This document shows, piece after piece, positions 11,993-23,394 of a stretch of DNA of 64,000 bases (the first letter of the stretch is position 1; every line of letters begins with the position of its first letter). This stretch comes from Octopus sinensis (Eukaryota): NCBI RefSeq assembly GCF_006345805.1, contig NC_042998.1, positions 69,564,001 through 69,628,000 on the forward strand, written 5' to 3'. The notes under the pieces are model-generated. The model saw only the letters and a program-made list of their open reading frames with translations. It made no database searches and had not been told where the DNA came from. The position numbers were made by a program, and so were the translations under genes.

Positions 11993-12029
11993 AGAGACTA
12001 GTTTATGAGTCGTTGCTCTTCATCAGTCT
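11993..12029 (-). ncRNA. Degenerate hammerhead-ribozyme-like motif
   Basis: Minus strand reads aga-CTGATGA-A-GAGC-AACG-ACTC-ATAA-ACTAGT-C-tct: intact CUGAUGA, palindromic stem III, GUC triplet; the GAAA box is damaged. Confidence 0.4.
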
Positions 12030-12801
12030 GGAGTAGCTTGCCTTGACATGTTTCAATTACGTGCCCGAGCTGACCAACTGGTTGTAAAATATCCCCTTTT
12101 GTGAGAAACTGCATATATTGCAACAGCCTGCAGTATCTATTGTCACGACTAGAGTTTTACTGATGAATGAAAATGTGTTTCTTGGATTGCATGTAGAAGT
12201 AACAACACTCATAATAATAATAAAAAAAGATTTGTTTACTGCACACAGTGTTATCTGTGTTGGTACTTTTACAAAAATAGCGACAATTACACACAGGAAA
12301 TGACATACTATTGCGATCTCTGTCAAATTAACTAATACAGCAATCTGAGGATGACCTATCACAATTAGAAAATAATCGTGGAATATTCATAGCAACAAAA
12401 TCTGTGTCTTTTATCTGCTGATGGCTGGTGGTGAATGAGAATGGAGACATTGAGCAGCTGTCTCAGCATTCTAGGATTACCACCAAACGTCACCTTTATT
12501 TAGGGCTTAGTGAGAAAGTTCTAGAAAGTAGGATCACGCGATGGGTTGATGCTGATTGGTAACTTAATTGGCTGATCACATGAAACTACTGTGGTTTGGT
12601 CGGGATGTCTACTCAGCTACCTAGTGACTCAGTTTTGATTCTGCTATACTGTCAATAGGAAAACTGATCCGTCCTATTGTTCGCAGCAGACATATGCCCT
12701 GATAAGGAACTTTACAACATTGGCCAATGATAAGCCAAAAGTACCTAGATGTGGAGTAATAACGGGAAAAACTGCGGCCCGTGGGAGTTTTCGAATGGTG
12801 C

Positions 12802-12845
<44 letters not shown>

Positions 12846-12864
12846 TGTTGTTGTTGTTTTAGCA

Positions 12865-13075
12865 TGGTGGCATGTGCGTCATTGCATCCACCATTTGTTG
12901 GTAATCTACTGCTCCTGGTGGATGACGCCTCTTCACCACTCAGGTGACAACTCTCCAACCCCATGGGACTGTTTGGACAGCCGTTGCTGGTGAGGGTTTT
13001 TGCGAGATCGGAGTGCAAATCCTACCTGAACCTCATTTAGTCATCTCTTACGACAGACAGAAAAGACGTTGGGAC
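12865..13075 (+). mobile_element. 3' fragment of an RTE-like LINE (related copy at about 20270-20455)
   Basis: The two loci share catccaccatttgttggt...gtgcaaatcctacct...ttagtcatctcttacgac; clade assigned from recalled RTE 3' ends. Confidence 0.5.
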
Positions 13076-13695
13076 AGTTTCTTTGACATGACGGTCACGA
13101 TCTGGTGGTCATGAGTGCAATACCCTAATCAGTAGGCCACGCATCTTTACACGACAGAACTAAAGAAAAATTACTTTGAATTTTTTTTTAGTAGAAATCA
13201 TTACAGAAATCACGTCTACAATTTAGTGCGTTTTTTCTCATATTTCACTTGCTGTACTTTACTACAATGCTAAAGGAATTTTTTTTCTTCAGAATTTTTC
13301 AGTATTCCATTAATCAGACTCAGATATGTTATATATCAATTAAAGATGTTGAAGATCTGACAACAGAACAAGGCTGACATTAAAGATAATTGTCCATGGA
13401 TGATGGGCAACTAAGCGGTGGTGGGAGATGAGATTAGTATTCTATTATTATACTCTACAATATCGAATCAGCAAGGAAGCGCTGCAGGGACAGATAATAC
13501 CCTGTACACGGTAGACTTGAGCAAAAGATGGGATGGTCAACGTCGGAATGTTCTTCAATCTAATGACCGAACTGTGGTTAATTAACAACAATAACAACTG
13601 TTTTATTTATCGCATTACAAACGAATCGTATTCCGTTTTGTGTTTGAAACTAAATTTCGTTTCGTTTTAGAGATACATTCCTTGATTTGTAACAA

Positions 13696-13727
13696 CACCC
13701 GCCACCGGAAGCTGATGGCGCGCTTCA
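13696..13727 (+). promoter_or_regulatory. Candidate GTF2E1 core promoter
   Basis: ETS-like CCGGAAG (13705-13711) next to YY1-like ATGGCG (13715-13720) in a local CpG cluster, upstream of a perfect splice donor. Confidence 0.5.
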
Positions 13728-13787
13728 CAAATGTTTTGTTTATAACAAGAATTGCTCACAGTAATGGCTAATCTTTAGTATTTGTGT
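13720..13787 (+). other. GTF2E1: Candidate non-coding first exon of GTF2E1 (start uncertain)
   Basis: GTAAGT donor at 13788-13793; the first coding exon is preceded by an acceptor (tttttgcaag, AG 18014-18015), so an upstream exon is needed. Confidence 0.45.
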
Positions 13788-13953
13788 GTAAGTTAGTTTT
13801 ATTGTATCTCACTAATATTTAACATACACTCTCTCCAACAAGCTACATTTGGGAGTCTATATTCGGTTCGCCTTTTTCCCAAGAAAACTTAACGAACATC
13901 GCTAAAGTTTATCCTTCATCTTCTATACACATACACTGCGAGAACCACCGTAT

Positions 13954-13993
<40 letters not shown>

Positions 13994-16009
13994 CACACAC
14001 ATGCATATATATATTTGCTGTTTAGCCCTAGATCAACTGTTGTTGTTTAGCCCAAGATCATATGGTCAGTGATGTTCCACTCACGCCTATCAAATCTTCT
14101 TTCTTTTCATAACTATTTAAAGCTACATTTCTCCTTTTTTAAAACGATAGAGTGTGAATAAAGGAAAATTTGGCTGCTGTTTCTTGTAGATCTAGCGTAA
14201 AGTCTTGACTCGTGTTTGTGTAGGTATTGTGTATACTTGTGTTTAATTACAAGTTGTATACATTTATTTGTTGATCACATCAAAACTGATTGCATCGATA
14301 TGTAAATAGTTAAAACAGAAATTATGTTCCCCGCCAAAATGTTCTTTTAATCTATCCAATATTTACCCATATAGTAAATGTAAACGTGGGATGGATAGGA
14401 AGGATGTAAATGAAGAGAAAATGGGAGTGCCATGTGGGAAGCGAACTGACATCTTGTAGGTTTCACAGTTAATGAACATTTTTTTTTGTATGCCCTCTAT
14501 CCAAGTTTCATTTATATTAGACATAAAAATATAATTCTCATTTCTTTTGTAACCAGTGGATTCGAATTAACTGCACCAGAATGTTGTAAGGAGAGATACA
14601 GGATCGATCTGCCAGAAATAGCAGCGAAACAGCTTTCAGATCATATCCGACAGTCTCAATAAAGAAGTACACTATGTGTTTCTAAAACAGGAAAACAATA
14701 ATACATATTCCTAAAGTGGGTGTGGGCCCTCGGTGCTTAGGAAAAGACAGGAAGGATGGAGAACTCTTAATTCTTTATCTATTTCATAGATACAAAAAAA
14801 GGGTGACAAAGTCGCGGTTGAAAGCCTCTGGTCATGTTTACTTGTTCAAAGCTGACCTGGTGTTAAACAACAACACTAGCAATCGCAAAAATAAATTTTG
14901 TTTTCCTTCATTTTTCATGTTACCTATTGTGAATTGGTATCCCATATTGTCTACAAATAAGGAGGAAATATATAAAATTAATTTGTTATAAATTGAATTC
15001 GAGTTCTTAATTGTGATTAGATTAAAAGTAATGATGCGAAGTAGTTGACTTTTCCATTAATGTGTTATTATTTTGTTTTTACTTCTTTAATTGGCAGTCC
15101 TCAAATTTTCGCTGGGAGTTGAATAGTAATCTGATTGTCTCCTCTGTATGCTGTGTATGTATTGTTTTATTGGTCAGATGGGAAACGTCCAAATGATTTA
15201 ACTTGGAGATGAGGACTGGTGTCTCATGGGATACCACTGGAGTGGATACATTTGTGCAATCATACCTTCACTATTTGATGCATCAAAGCTGCCATGCCAA
15301 GCAATGCAAAAATACAACCAAATAGTGATGCACTGAGTTTCAACCCAAATCACTCCCATATCATGGGAACTTATAGCACAACCACATGTAACAATTCATA
15401 AACTCTGCAAACAACTCATTGAAGCAGTGGATGATGTGCAGGAACTTTTGTTTCTTTGCTATTGAGTTTCAAAAGTTATAATTCAAGGGAATGCAACTGG
15501 TATAATGAGTTTTTTTTATACATCCCACAATATATTAGTTGGGAAAAATCCCAACAAAACATTATTTTAAAATATGCTATTTTTCTTCATTTTCTCTAAA
15601 AAAATTTACGGGACTGATAAAATTTCAAGAATAAGCCTGTGATTGATTGAAAAAATACTTTCCATAATGTTGATGTCATAAGAATTTATAAACTTCAAGA
15701 GAATGTGAAGGAATTCTTTTTTGGATTGGTGGGTCTCGAAGCAGATTAAGCTATAAATAATAGTGTGTAAATATTGGGTTAGAAACCCATTTAAATAGAA
15801 TATGTTGAAGGTTACTTCTGGGATACAAACCTACAATTAAACGATTAAAAAAACAAGCATTATAACATTGGACTATAGCAGTCCTTTGAATTTTTACATC
15901 AGTTTTGGAAACTTTAATCCTTCCATCCTATGGGCAGCCTTGAACTTTTTCCATGCAGTGGTTTTTTTTATAATAGTTATATGCTGTTATTTATAGCTTT
16001 TATTAAGGC

Positions 16010-16200
16010 AGCAAGCTGGCAGAATTGCTTAGCAGCATTTCTTTCAGTTACTTACACTCTGAGTTCAAATTCTGCTGAGGTTGACTTTGCTTTTTTTTCC
16101 TTTCAAGATCGATAAAATAAGTACCAGTTAAATGCTTGGGTTCTTATAATTGACTTTAACTCTTCCCTGAAATTGCTGACCTTGTGCCAAAATTTGAAAT
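16010..16200 (+). mobile_element. SINE family A
   Basis: ggcagcaagctggcagaa...ctgagttcaaattctgctgaggttgactttgc, with CpGs decayed. Confidence 0.85.
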
Positions 16201-16255
16201 TATTTATAGCTTTATCTTCCAAAAAAAGAATTATTTTCCATATTGTTTATTGATC

Positions 16256-16402
16256 ATCATCATCATCATCATCGTTTAACGTCCGCTTTCCATGCTAGCA
16301 TGGGTTGGACGGTTCAACTGGGGTCTGGCAAGCTCGAAGGCTGCACCAGGCCAGTCAGATCTGGCAGTGTTTCTACAGCTGGATGCCCTTCCTAACGCCA
16401 AA
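16256..16402 (-). mobile_element. SINE-like family B ((GAT)n tail), 3' fragment
   Basis: (cat)n-cgtttaacgtccgctttccatgctagcatgggttgg...gcccttcctaacgcc. Confidence 0.9.
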
Positions 16403-16559
16403 TGATGTAAATAATAAATTCAAGAGGAAGTTTGTAAACTGGAAAGACAATAACTACTAACAAAATCAAAACTAATAGTCAAAAATGGTATTGTTATTGT
16501 TGTGTACTGACAGTGGGAGGTATTCGGGGAATAGAATCTGATGAGGTCAGATTTTAATT

Positions 16560-16862
16560 TGCTGACGTAAAAAGCACCATCCGATTGTGGCCGTTGCCAG
16601 CCTCGTCTGGCCCCCGTACCGGTGGCACGTAAAAAGCACCATCTGATCGTGGCCGTTTGCCAGCCTTGTCTGGCACCTGTGCAGGTGGCATGTAAAAAGC
16701 ACCCACTACACTCACGGAGTGGTTGGCGTTAGGAAGGGCATCCAGCTGTAGAAGCCTTGCCAGATCAGACTGGGCCTGGCGCAGCCTTCTGGCTTCCCAG
16801 ACCCCAGTTGAACCGTCCAACCCATGCTAGCATGGAAAACAGACGTTAAACGATGATGATGA
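16560..16862 (+). mobile_element. SINE-like family B
   Basis: Internal repeats of about 62 bp, aggaagggcatccagctgtag, ends gacgttaaacgatgatgat. Confidence 0.9.
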
Positions 16863-18038
16863 CCTAATAGATGAGAAAATAAGATTGTGACAATTTTCAA
16901 AATACTGTATGATAGACCTTGTCAAGCCATAGCAACATTTTAAAACAACAGAGAAAATGTAAAATGCTACTTAACCATGGGTTGGGTGGTTAGCAGCAAT
17001 GGAAGTATAGTTCTCCTTCTATACTAATTCACCCTTATTTGTAACTTCCTGATTCTTTAGTCATTATACTATCATTCATACCAATTGTAGCATTGTGTCA
17101 TTTAGGTAACATAACTTATATATTCTTTTTCTACTGAGACATAAATAGTTTAAGGCATTTAATTTATGGATACTCTTGTATATGGGAGATAGCTAATGTT
17201 ATGGTTCTCACCCTGTCTTTCATAAATTTAATCATCCAGTTTGTGTCATGTTTACCTTCATATCGTTTGTGAAGCCCACTTAAGTTTTATTTATACATCT
17301 TTGATTCATTTTTGCTAATCAGCAGCCTGTCCTGAGTTCTTGTGTGGTGAAGAGAAATAGGCTGAAGACGGAATCTTATTACTGATCAGACTACTGATAT
17401 TCCTGAATCTACTTATCCTACCCTTATATGTGGTCTTACTTGTCAGTCCTCTCACCCAGGTTTTACACAACTAATTAGTTGATATAAATAAATTAGACTT
17501 ACTACTGTGGGATTTAACAAGTTTGCTTTGCAGCTATCTGGTTTAGGATTTTATCCTACTGCGCAGCATCCTGAGCAAATGTCTTCAACAACAGCCTTGA
17601 AGTAAAACTGGGTTGATGAAAACTATAAGGAAGCCTGTCAAAGAGACTGCTCTTATTTTTTAAGTGGTAGATTTATTCAGTTGCCTGCTTTGATGCCATC
17701 ATCTGTTCAGGCTTCTGATCTGAGGATAACTTCCTTTCACTGGTCCCAGAGGTCCAAGAAAAGGTCACAGGCACTGTCCTTCCTCCTCTGACTCTTCCCC
17801 CTTTACTAGTTGATATTCTCTTGTAAGACATTTGATTTGTCTTTTAAATGATTGGGAATTAGACTTACAATTAATTGATCATGTGACTACCTTGGTAGTC
17901 TTTTGTTGATGTTTGGATGACCAATGACTGTATTGATTATGTTTCTAATGTAAGTGATGTTTTGATTTTTATCAATTTTACTTATATCTGTGTTTTTCAT
18001 TTTCTTTTTTGCAAGTATTTCACCAGTATTGCTGAGAC

Positions 18039-18685
18039 ATGGAAGTGGAATTACTGCATGAGGTACCAGAATCCTTGAAAAGATTGGTCCGCCTCATAGT
18101 ACGAGGGTTCTACAGTATTGAACACGCCATTATTTTAGATCTTTTAGTGCGACATCCTTGTATGAAGGAAGATGACATTATTGATTTGTTGAAGTTTGAG
18201 CGCAAACAGTTACGTTCTATGCTGAATACTCTGAAAATGGATAAAATTGTGAAAGTGCGCATGAGGGTTGAGACTGATGCTGAGGGTCACACCACTCGGC
18301 ACAACTACTATTTCATCAACTATAAAGTTTTTGTCAATGTTGTCAAATATAAATTGGATCACGTCTATCGAAAGATTGAGGCAGCTGAGCGTCAGAGCAC
18401 AAGTCGGTCGTCCTTCAAGTGTACACAGTGTGAGAAGACCTACACTGACCTGGAGGCCGGCCAGTTATTAGACCCATACACCGGTTTATTAGTGTGTATG
18501 ATTTGTCAGGTAGAGGTGGAGGAAGATGAGAGTGCAATACCAAAACAGGATGCACGGACAATGTTAGCAAAGTTCAATGAACAGATCCAACCAATATATG
18601 ACTTGCTGAAAGAATGTGAGGATGTGCGGTTGGCACCGGAGATTCTTGAACCAGAACCTGTTGATATGAAATCAATTACACAAAA
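18039..18685 (+). CDS. GTF2E1: TFIIE alpha, coding exon 1 (winged-helix region plus C4 zinc finger)
   Basis: [25 protein letters not shown]...[20 protein letters not shown]...CTQC...CMIC...[12 protein letters not shown] closely matches TFIIE alpha; donor GTATGT at 18686, phase 2. Confidence 0.97.
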
Positions 18686-18754
18686 GTATGTAAATCTTTC
18701 TCTCCTCTTTTTCTGCCTCCAGTGGGTGGGGTGGGATTTAAAGTATTTGTCCAT

Positions 18755-19257
18755 GTAACATTTAAATTGGCTGGATCCGGCTTCTCACACCTATCCTACA
18801 ATGTCATTCTAAATATAAACAATTGCATCATCAATATATGGAAGCTACATGATGCATGATTTGGAAGAACTTCGCCCCCCCCCCCTCCCACTTTCTCCTA
18901 AATTTGTTTATTAAAAAATTTTTTTTTGTCATAGCCCCCCCCCGTTTTTGGATACGGAGGTTCTGGAAAATTGCCAAAAATCGGCATTGTAAAATTTCTC
19001 CCCCTTCCCCCCAATTCTTCAATTTTGACTTTTTTCCCCAACACTAACTCTAACACCCTAATCGACTTTTGCCAATTCTTTTTGTAGATTCGTATTCCCC
19101 GTAGCCGAAAAGTGGGGTTTGTGTCGAAAAAAAACATTTTTAGAAACGGGTGGTTTTTTGGGTGGGAGGAGGACGGGCGGAAGTCTTGCCCATGATTTAT
19201 TCAAGGCAATGTGAATAAGTAAGCATTGTATTTGACAGAATAATCTTAAAGGGTTAA
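18755..19257. mobile_element. TTAA-ended piggyBac-like MITE, left end eroded, interrupted by an insertion
   Basis: Body homologous to the 21130 and 38360 copies; right end aaaggg-TTAA (19248-19257). Confidence 0.6.
18863..19190. mobile_element. Small DNA-transposon-like insertion with 8-bp TSD
   Basis: Perfect TSD CATGATTT (18855-18862, 19191-19198); imperfect TIRs ggaagaacttcgccc versus ggcaagacttccgccc. Confidence 0.75.
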
Positions 19258-21129
19258 TATCGGCCTGTGATGGGAGACACTAGGATATTGTTGGATGGAG
19301 ACTTATTGGGTAAAAGTATTTTCTTACGAGAGGTGGGAACTGTCTCACCTACTTTGACTTGCAAATAGTTTTTCAGAAGTACTCTTAATATTTCTTTGAT
19401 TAAAAAGCGTAATACTTATCGTCTTAGATCTGGAATGGGAATTGAAATATAATAATATAATTATCACTATAGAAAGATATTTTGTTTTGAGTGAAGAACG
19501 ATTTCACTGAAAATCATAGTTTACGCGAGAAAATAACACGTTTATTGATTATAGGAAAGTTCGTTGACAAGAATGTAGGTAAGGGAGGTAACTCGTGATA
19601 TTGAGTATTGGTTGTCTTTCTTGGATTTGCTTCCGTTCATCTAAAATGACATCAAACGAGAATTCCACTTAGGGTTTATAAGCCAGTGATAAATACCGTT
19701 GACTGTAGTCCGATGTTAGTGCGTGCATGTGTATATAAGTATGTATTTTTAAGTATTCATATATATACATTTATGGCTGTGTGGTTAAGAAGTTTTGGGT
19801 TCAATCCCACTGCGTGTCACCGTGGGCAAGTGGTTGTTAAAACGATGATTATATATATATATTTAGATATTGTCGTTGACAAAATTACTAGAGCATTGTT
19901 TCATTCTTTATATTCTGCATTCAAATCTTCGATCAGTTTATCTTCCTTCCTTCAAGGTTCAATTTAATTGGTAATATAACAGGAGCTGGAGTCCCTAAAG
20001 CAGTCTGAAATTGTCTTCAACTTTGTCCTGGTATCTCCTGCAATGTTACTAGTGCAAAGTTGTATTGGCCTTTTGGTAAAATGAAGAGGAGAGACTTGCT
20101 GCATAGTCAACTGCTGCTTTTACATGCAACCTTACTCAGGTCTGCATCTGGGAGAGGACACTGCAATGTTGCCTTGCCATGATCTACCAACTGAAGCAAA
20201 ACTTGCCAAGTATAGATCCCTACTCTCATGTGACTAGTAATAGTAGTGTGGGGGCATATGCTATAACAGCATGTTGCTGCATCTACCATTTGTTGGTGAT
20301 TCCCTACTAGCCTGCCAGATGACACATTTGCATCACTCAGGCAACAACTCTGTTTTGAGCAATAGTTACTGGTGATGGTTTACAAGGTTGGTGTGCAAAT
20401 CCTACCTCAGCCACTTTTAGTTGCCTTTTATGGCAAGCAGAATAAATGTTGGGCCTATTCTATGGCATGCTGGCCCCCACACAGACATGGGTACTGAAAT
20501 AATTTATATTTTTATGTGTGTGTGCAGAGAGTGGTGACTGTATGAGGCAGTTCAGTTTCAGACAACGAATCTGAAGTATTAATAGTTCATACAATGCTTC
20601 ATCATTGCTGTAACAAGTACATAGTCAAGACATGTAACCATTAACAGTCCATTCCATCTGGCTGTATATAGGCTCCATAGTCTGATATATTTCACTGTTG
20701 AGAGATTTATGTCTTGGAGAAGGAACTGGATATGTGATTTGCCTGTTAACAAGCAGTGATATGTGGATGTTAGAAAAGTGGACAAAATTATGTTAAAAAG
20801 TGTAAAGGGTGTTGGTATGCTGTGAACTCATGTCAACATCCAACAGAGTCTGGTCTAAATACAACAGAGAGGACTTGAATACAGACATCCACTCATAAAG
20901 ATGTAGTATTAAACCATGTAATGTCTCTATTCATTTAAGGGAAAAGTGTTGCGTACAGTTGGTAGAGAGTGTCCTATGGGTACCTTTCCAGCACTATCTG
21001 TTTAACTTGTATCATAACTTGTCCTGTGTCATACTCTTCCAGAGCCTCAGCAACCACATTATTACATTGCAGTAGAGTGGAAGTAGTTGTCTTGGAGGAA
21101 TGGGACACTGTAATATGAGATCTTAAAAA

Positions 21130-21586
21130 CCCTTTAGCATTTTAAACTGACCATATCTGATCAAAATATTCCATCTGTTTTATGTGCAAACCAATCCAAT
21201 CTGGCCTCTCATACCTACCTTACAATGTCATTCTAAAAATAAACCATCACATCATCAAACTCTCAAAGCTAGGATATAATGCACAATGAATTCAAAGCAA
21301 TCATCATCATCATCATCGTTTAACGTCCGTTTTCCATGCTGGCATGTGTTGGATGGTTCGACCGGGGTCTGGGAAGCCAAGAGGCTGCACTGGGCTCCAG
21401 TCTGATCTGGCAGTGTTTCTACAGCTGGATGCCCTTCTTAACGCCAACTGCTCCATGAGTGTAATGGGTGCTTTTTATGTGCCACCGGCACAGGAGCCAG
21501 GCGAGGCTGGCAATGGCCACGACCGGTAGGTGCTTTTTACATGCCACTTACATATGACAGAGTAATTTGAATGCTAAAAGGTTTAA
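21130..21586. mobile_element. piggyBac-like MITE interrupted by a family B SINE (21303-21547)
   Basis: Termini CCCTTTAGCATT and aatgctaaaaggtttaa. Confidence 0.65.
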
Positions 21587-22346
21587 GATATTTTGTTTAT
21601 AGATAAGATGATAATGGTCCTAGATGAATGGTGATTCACTGTACTGCAAGCATGTCTAATTATTCTTGCATGGAAAAATCTAATGATACATCAATGCTGA
21701 TGTTAAGTGTATGTGTTTATTCTGACATGGTTGTGGGGTTACGAAATTTGTTTTACACATTGTACTCTGGGATTTGATCCCACTGGCTGCATATTTAGTA
21801 AATGTCTTTGAGTTATTCAAAGCCTTTTGAAAGAAATTTGGTAAATGGAACCTGTAGATGTTGGACAGAAGGAGTGTTCCAGTTTTTGTGTATTATACTT
21901 GACCTGGTGTCCTGTTTAGTGCTTGTAGCAGAGTCCACTCTTGCAAGTATTCAGATCATGTTTTATGGGTGTGGAAGTACAATGGCTTAGTGGTTAGTGG
22001 GGTTGTGTTCATGATAATAAGATTTTCATTTTGATTTTTGGACTGGGTGATGCTTTGTGTTCTTGTGCAAAGCACTTCATTTCATATTAGCTCAGTCCAC
22101 TCAACTGTTTAAAATGAGTGATCTTGTAGTGGACTGACGTCCCATTCAGGGAGTAATATACATGCCAGAGAAACCAGGAAACCAGCCCTCTGCTCCTCTA
22201 GTTGTAATGTAGACTAACCACTCATAGGTGTTACTCTGCCTCCTCTAATCTGTTTGAAAATTAAAAAATATAATGATGATAAAGAACAGTATCAGACTAA
22301 GTACCATCTGCATTCGTTTAACTGTTTTTGTCCACTTCCTTTCCAG

Positions 22347-22551
22347 ATCCCAAAGTAATAATCCCAAATATGATAGTAAATCGGTATGGAGTGGTGAAGC
22401 AACCAAAAACATCAGCTATGGTTATGAGGAGAATACAGTGACGATCACAGTGTCAGAGGAAACAAACCAGCGAGATAACAAACCTGCGAAAGAACAACCA
22501 GTCTGGATGAAAGAGAGTACAATTGAGAAACCAACAGCTGTTATTGGCAAG
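22347..22551 (+). CDS. GTF2E1: TFIIE alpha, coding exon 2
   Basis: Acceptor ttcctttccAG and donor GTAAGA at 22552; phase 2 in, phase 0 out; AKEQPVWMKESTI resembles the vertebrate AKERPIWLRESTV motif. Confidence 0.93.
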
Positions 22552-22849
22552 GTAAGAGTTAGGGAGTTCTTCTTGTTTTCAACTTCTGTGTATAGAAGGA
22601 TTTATTGTTTGCTGGAACAGTTGTTTCTACAACTGGTTTCATGTTCTTCCTGTTGTTAGACTTGTAATCTTTTGGGTAACAAAAGATGCAGCAAAAGTTG
22701 AAATATTTGATTTTCATTTGTCTGTTGATAAAGCATGTAGCCATTTGGAGCTGAGTGACTGCTGCTGATGTGAAGCATGATCTTTGAATGTTGGGTCCCA
22801 CAGAAGCAATCGTAAGTGATTGAGGCTTTTAGCAGTTTGCTGTGCTTGA

Positions 22850-23093
22850 GAAGACTCATCAAGCCAAGTGAAATCATTGTCATGACTGGTGCCATGACGT
22901 GTAAAAGCACCCGTGCTGGTGACATGTAAAAGGCTCTCACTCCACTCTTGGAGAGGTTGGCATTAGGAAAGGGATCCCGCCATAGAAACCAAGCCAAATT
23001 CAGACTGGAACCTGGTACAGCTCTCCAGCTTACCAGTTCCAGTCAAACCGTCTAACCCATGTGAGCATGGAAAACAGATGCTAAATGATGATA
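22850..23093 (+). mobile_element. SINE-like family B
   Basis: Family body ending gatgctaaatgatga; tail-to-tail with the next copy. Confidence 0.85.
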
Positions 23094-23106
23094 TATATAT
23101 ATATAT

Positions 23107-23394
23107 ATCATCATCATCATCATCATCATTTAGCGTCCGTTTTCCATGCTAGCATGGGTTGGACGGTTCAACTGGGGTCTGGGGAGCCCGAAGGCTGCAC
23201 CAGGCCAGTCAGATCTGGCAGTGTTTCTACAGCTGGATGCCCTTCCTAACGCCAACCACTCCGAGAGTGTAGTGGGTGATTTTATGTGCCACCGACACAG
23301 ATGCCAGACGAGGCTGGCGAACGGCCACGCTCGGATGGTGTTTTTATGTGCCACCGACACAGGTGCCAGACGAGGCTGGCAGACGGCCACGCTC
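23107..23394 (-). mobile_element. SINE-like family B copy that seeds the array
   Basis: (cat)n tail, CpG-intact body and 62-bp internal repeats. Confidence 0.9.

Noticed and set aside
18686-18758. Treating ORF 18039-18758 as a complete single-exon 239-aa gene
   Set aside because: Similarity ends at a canonical donor, and downstream exons supply the remaining TFIIE alpha motifs in phase.
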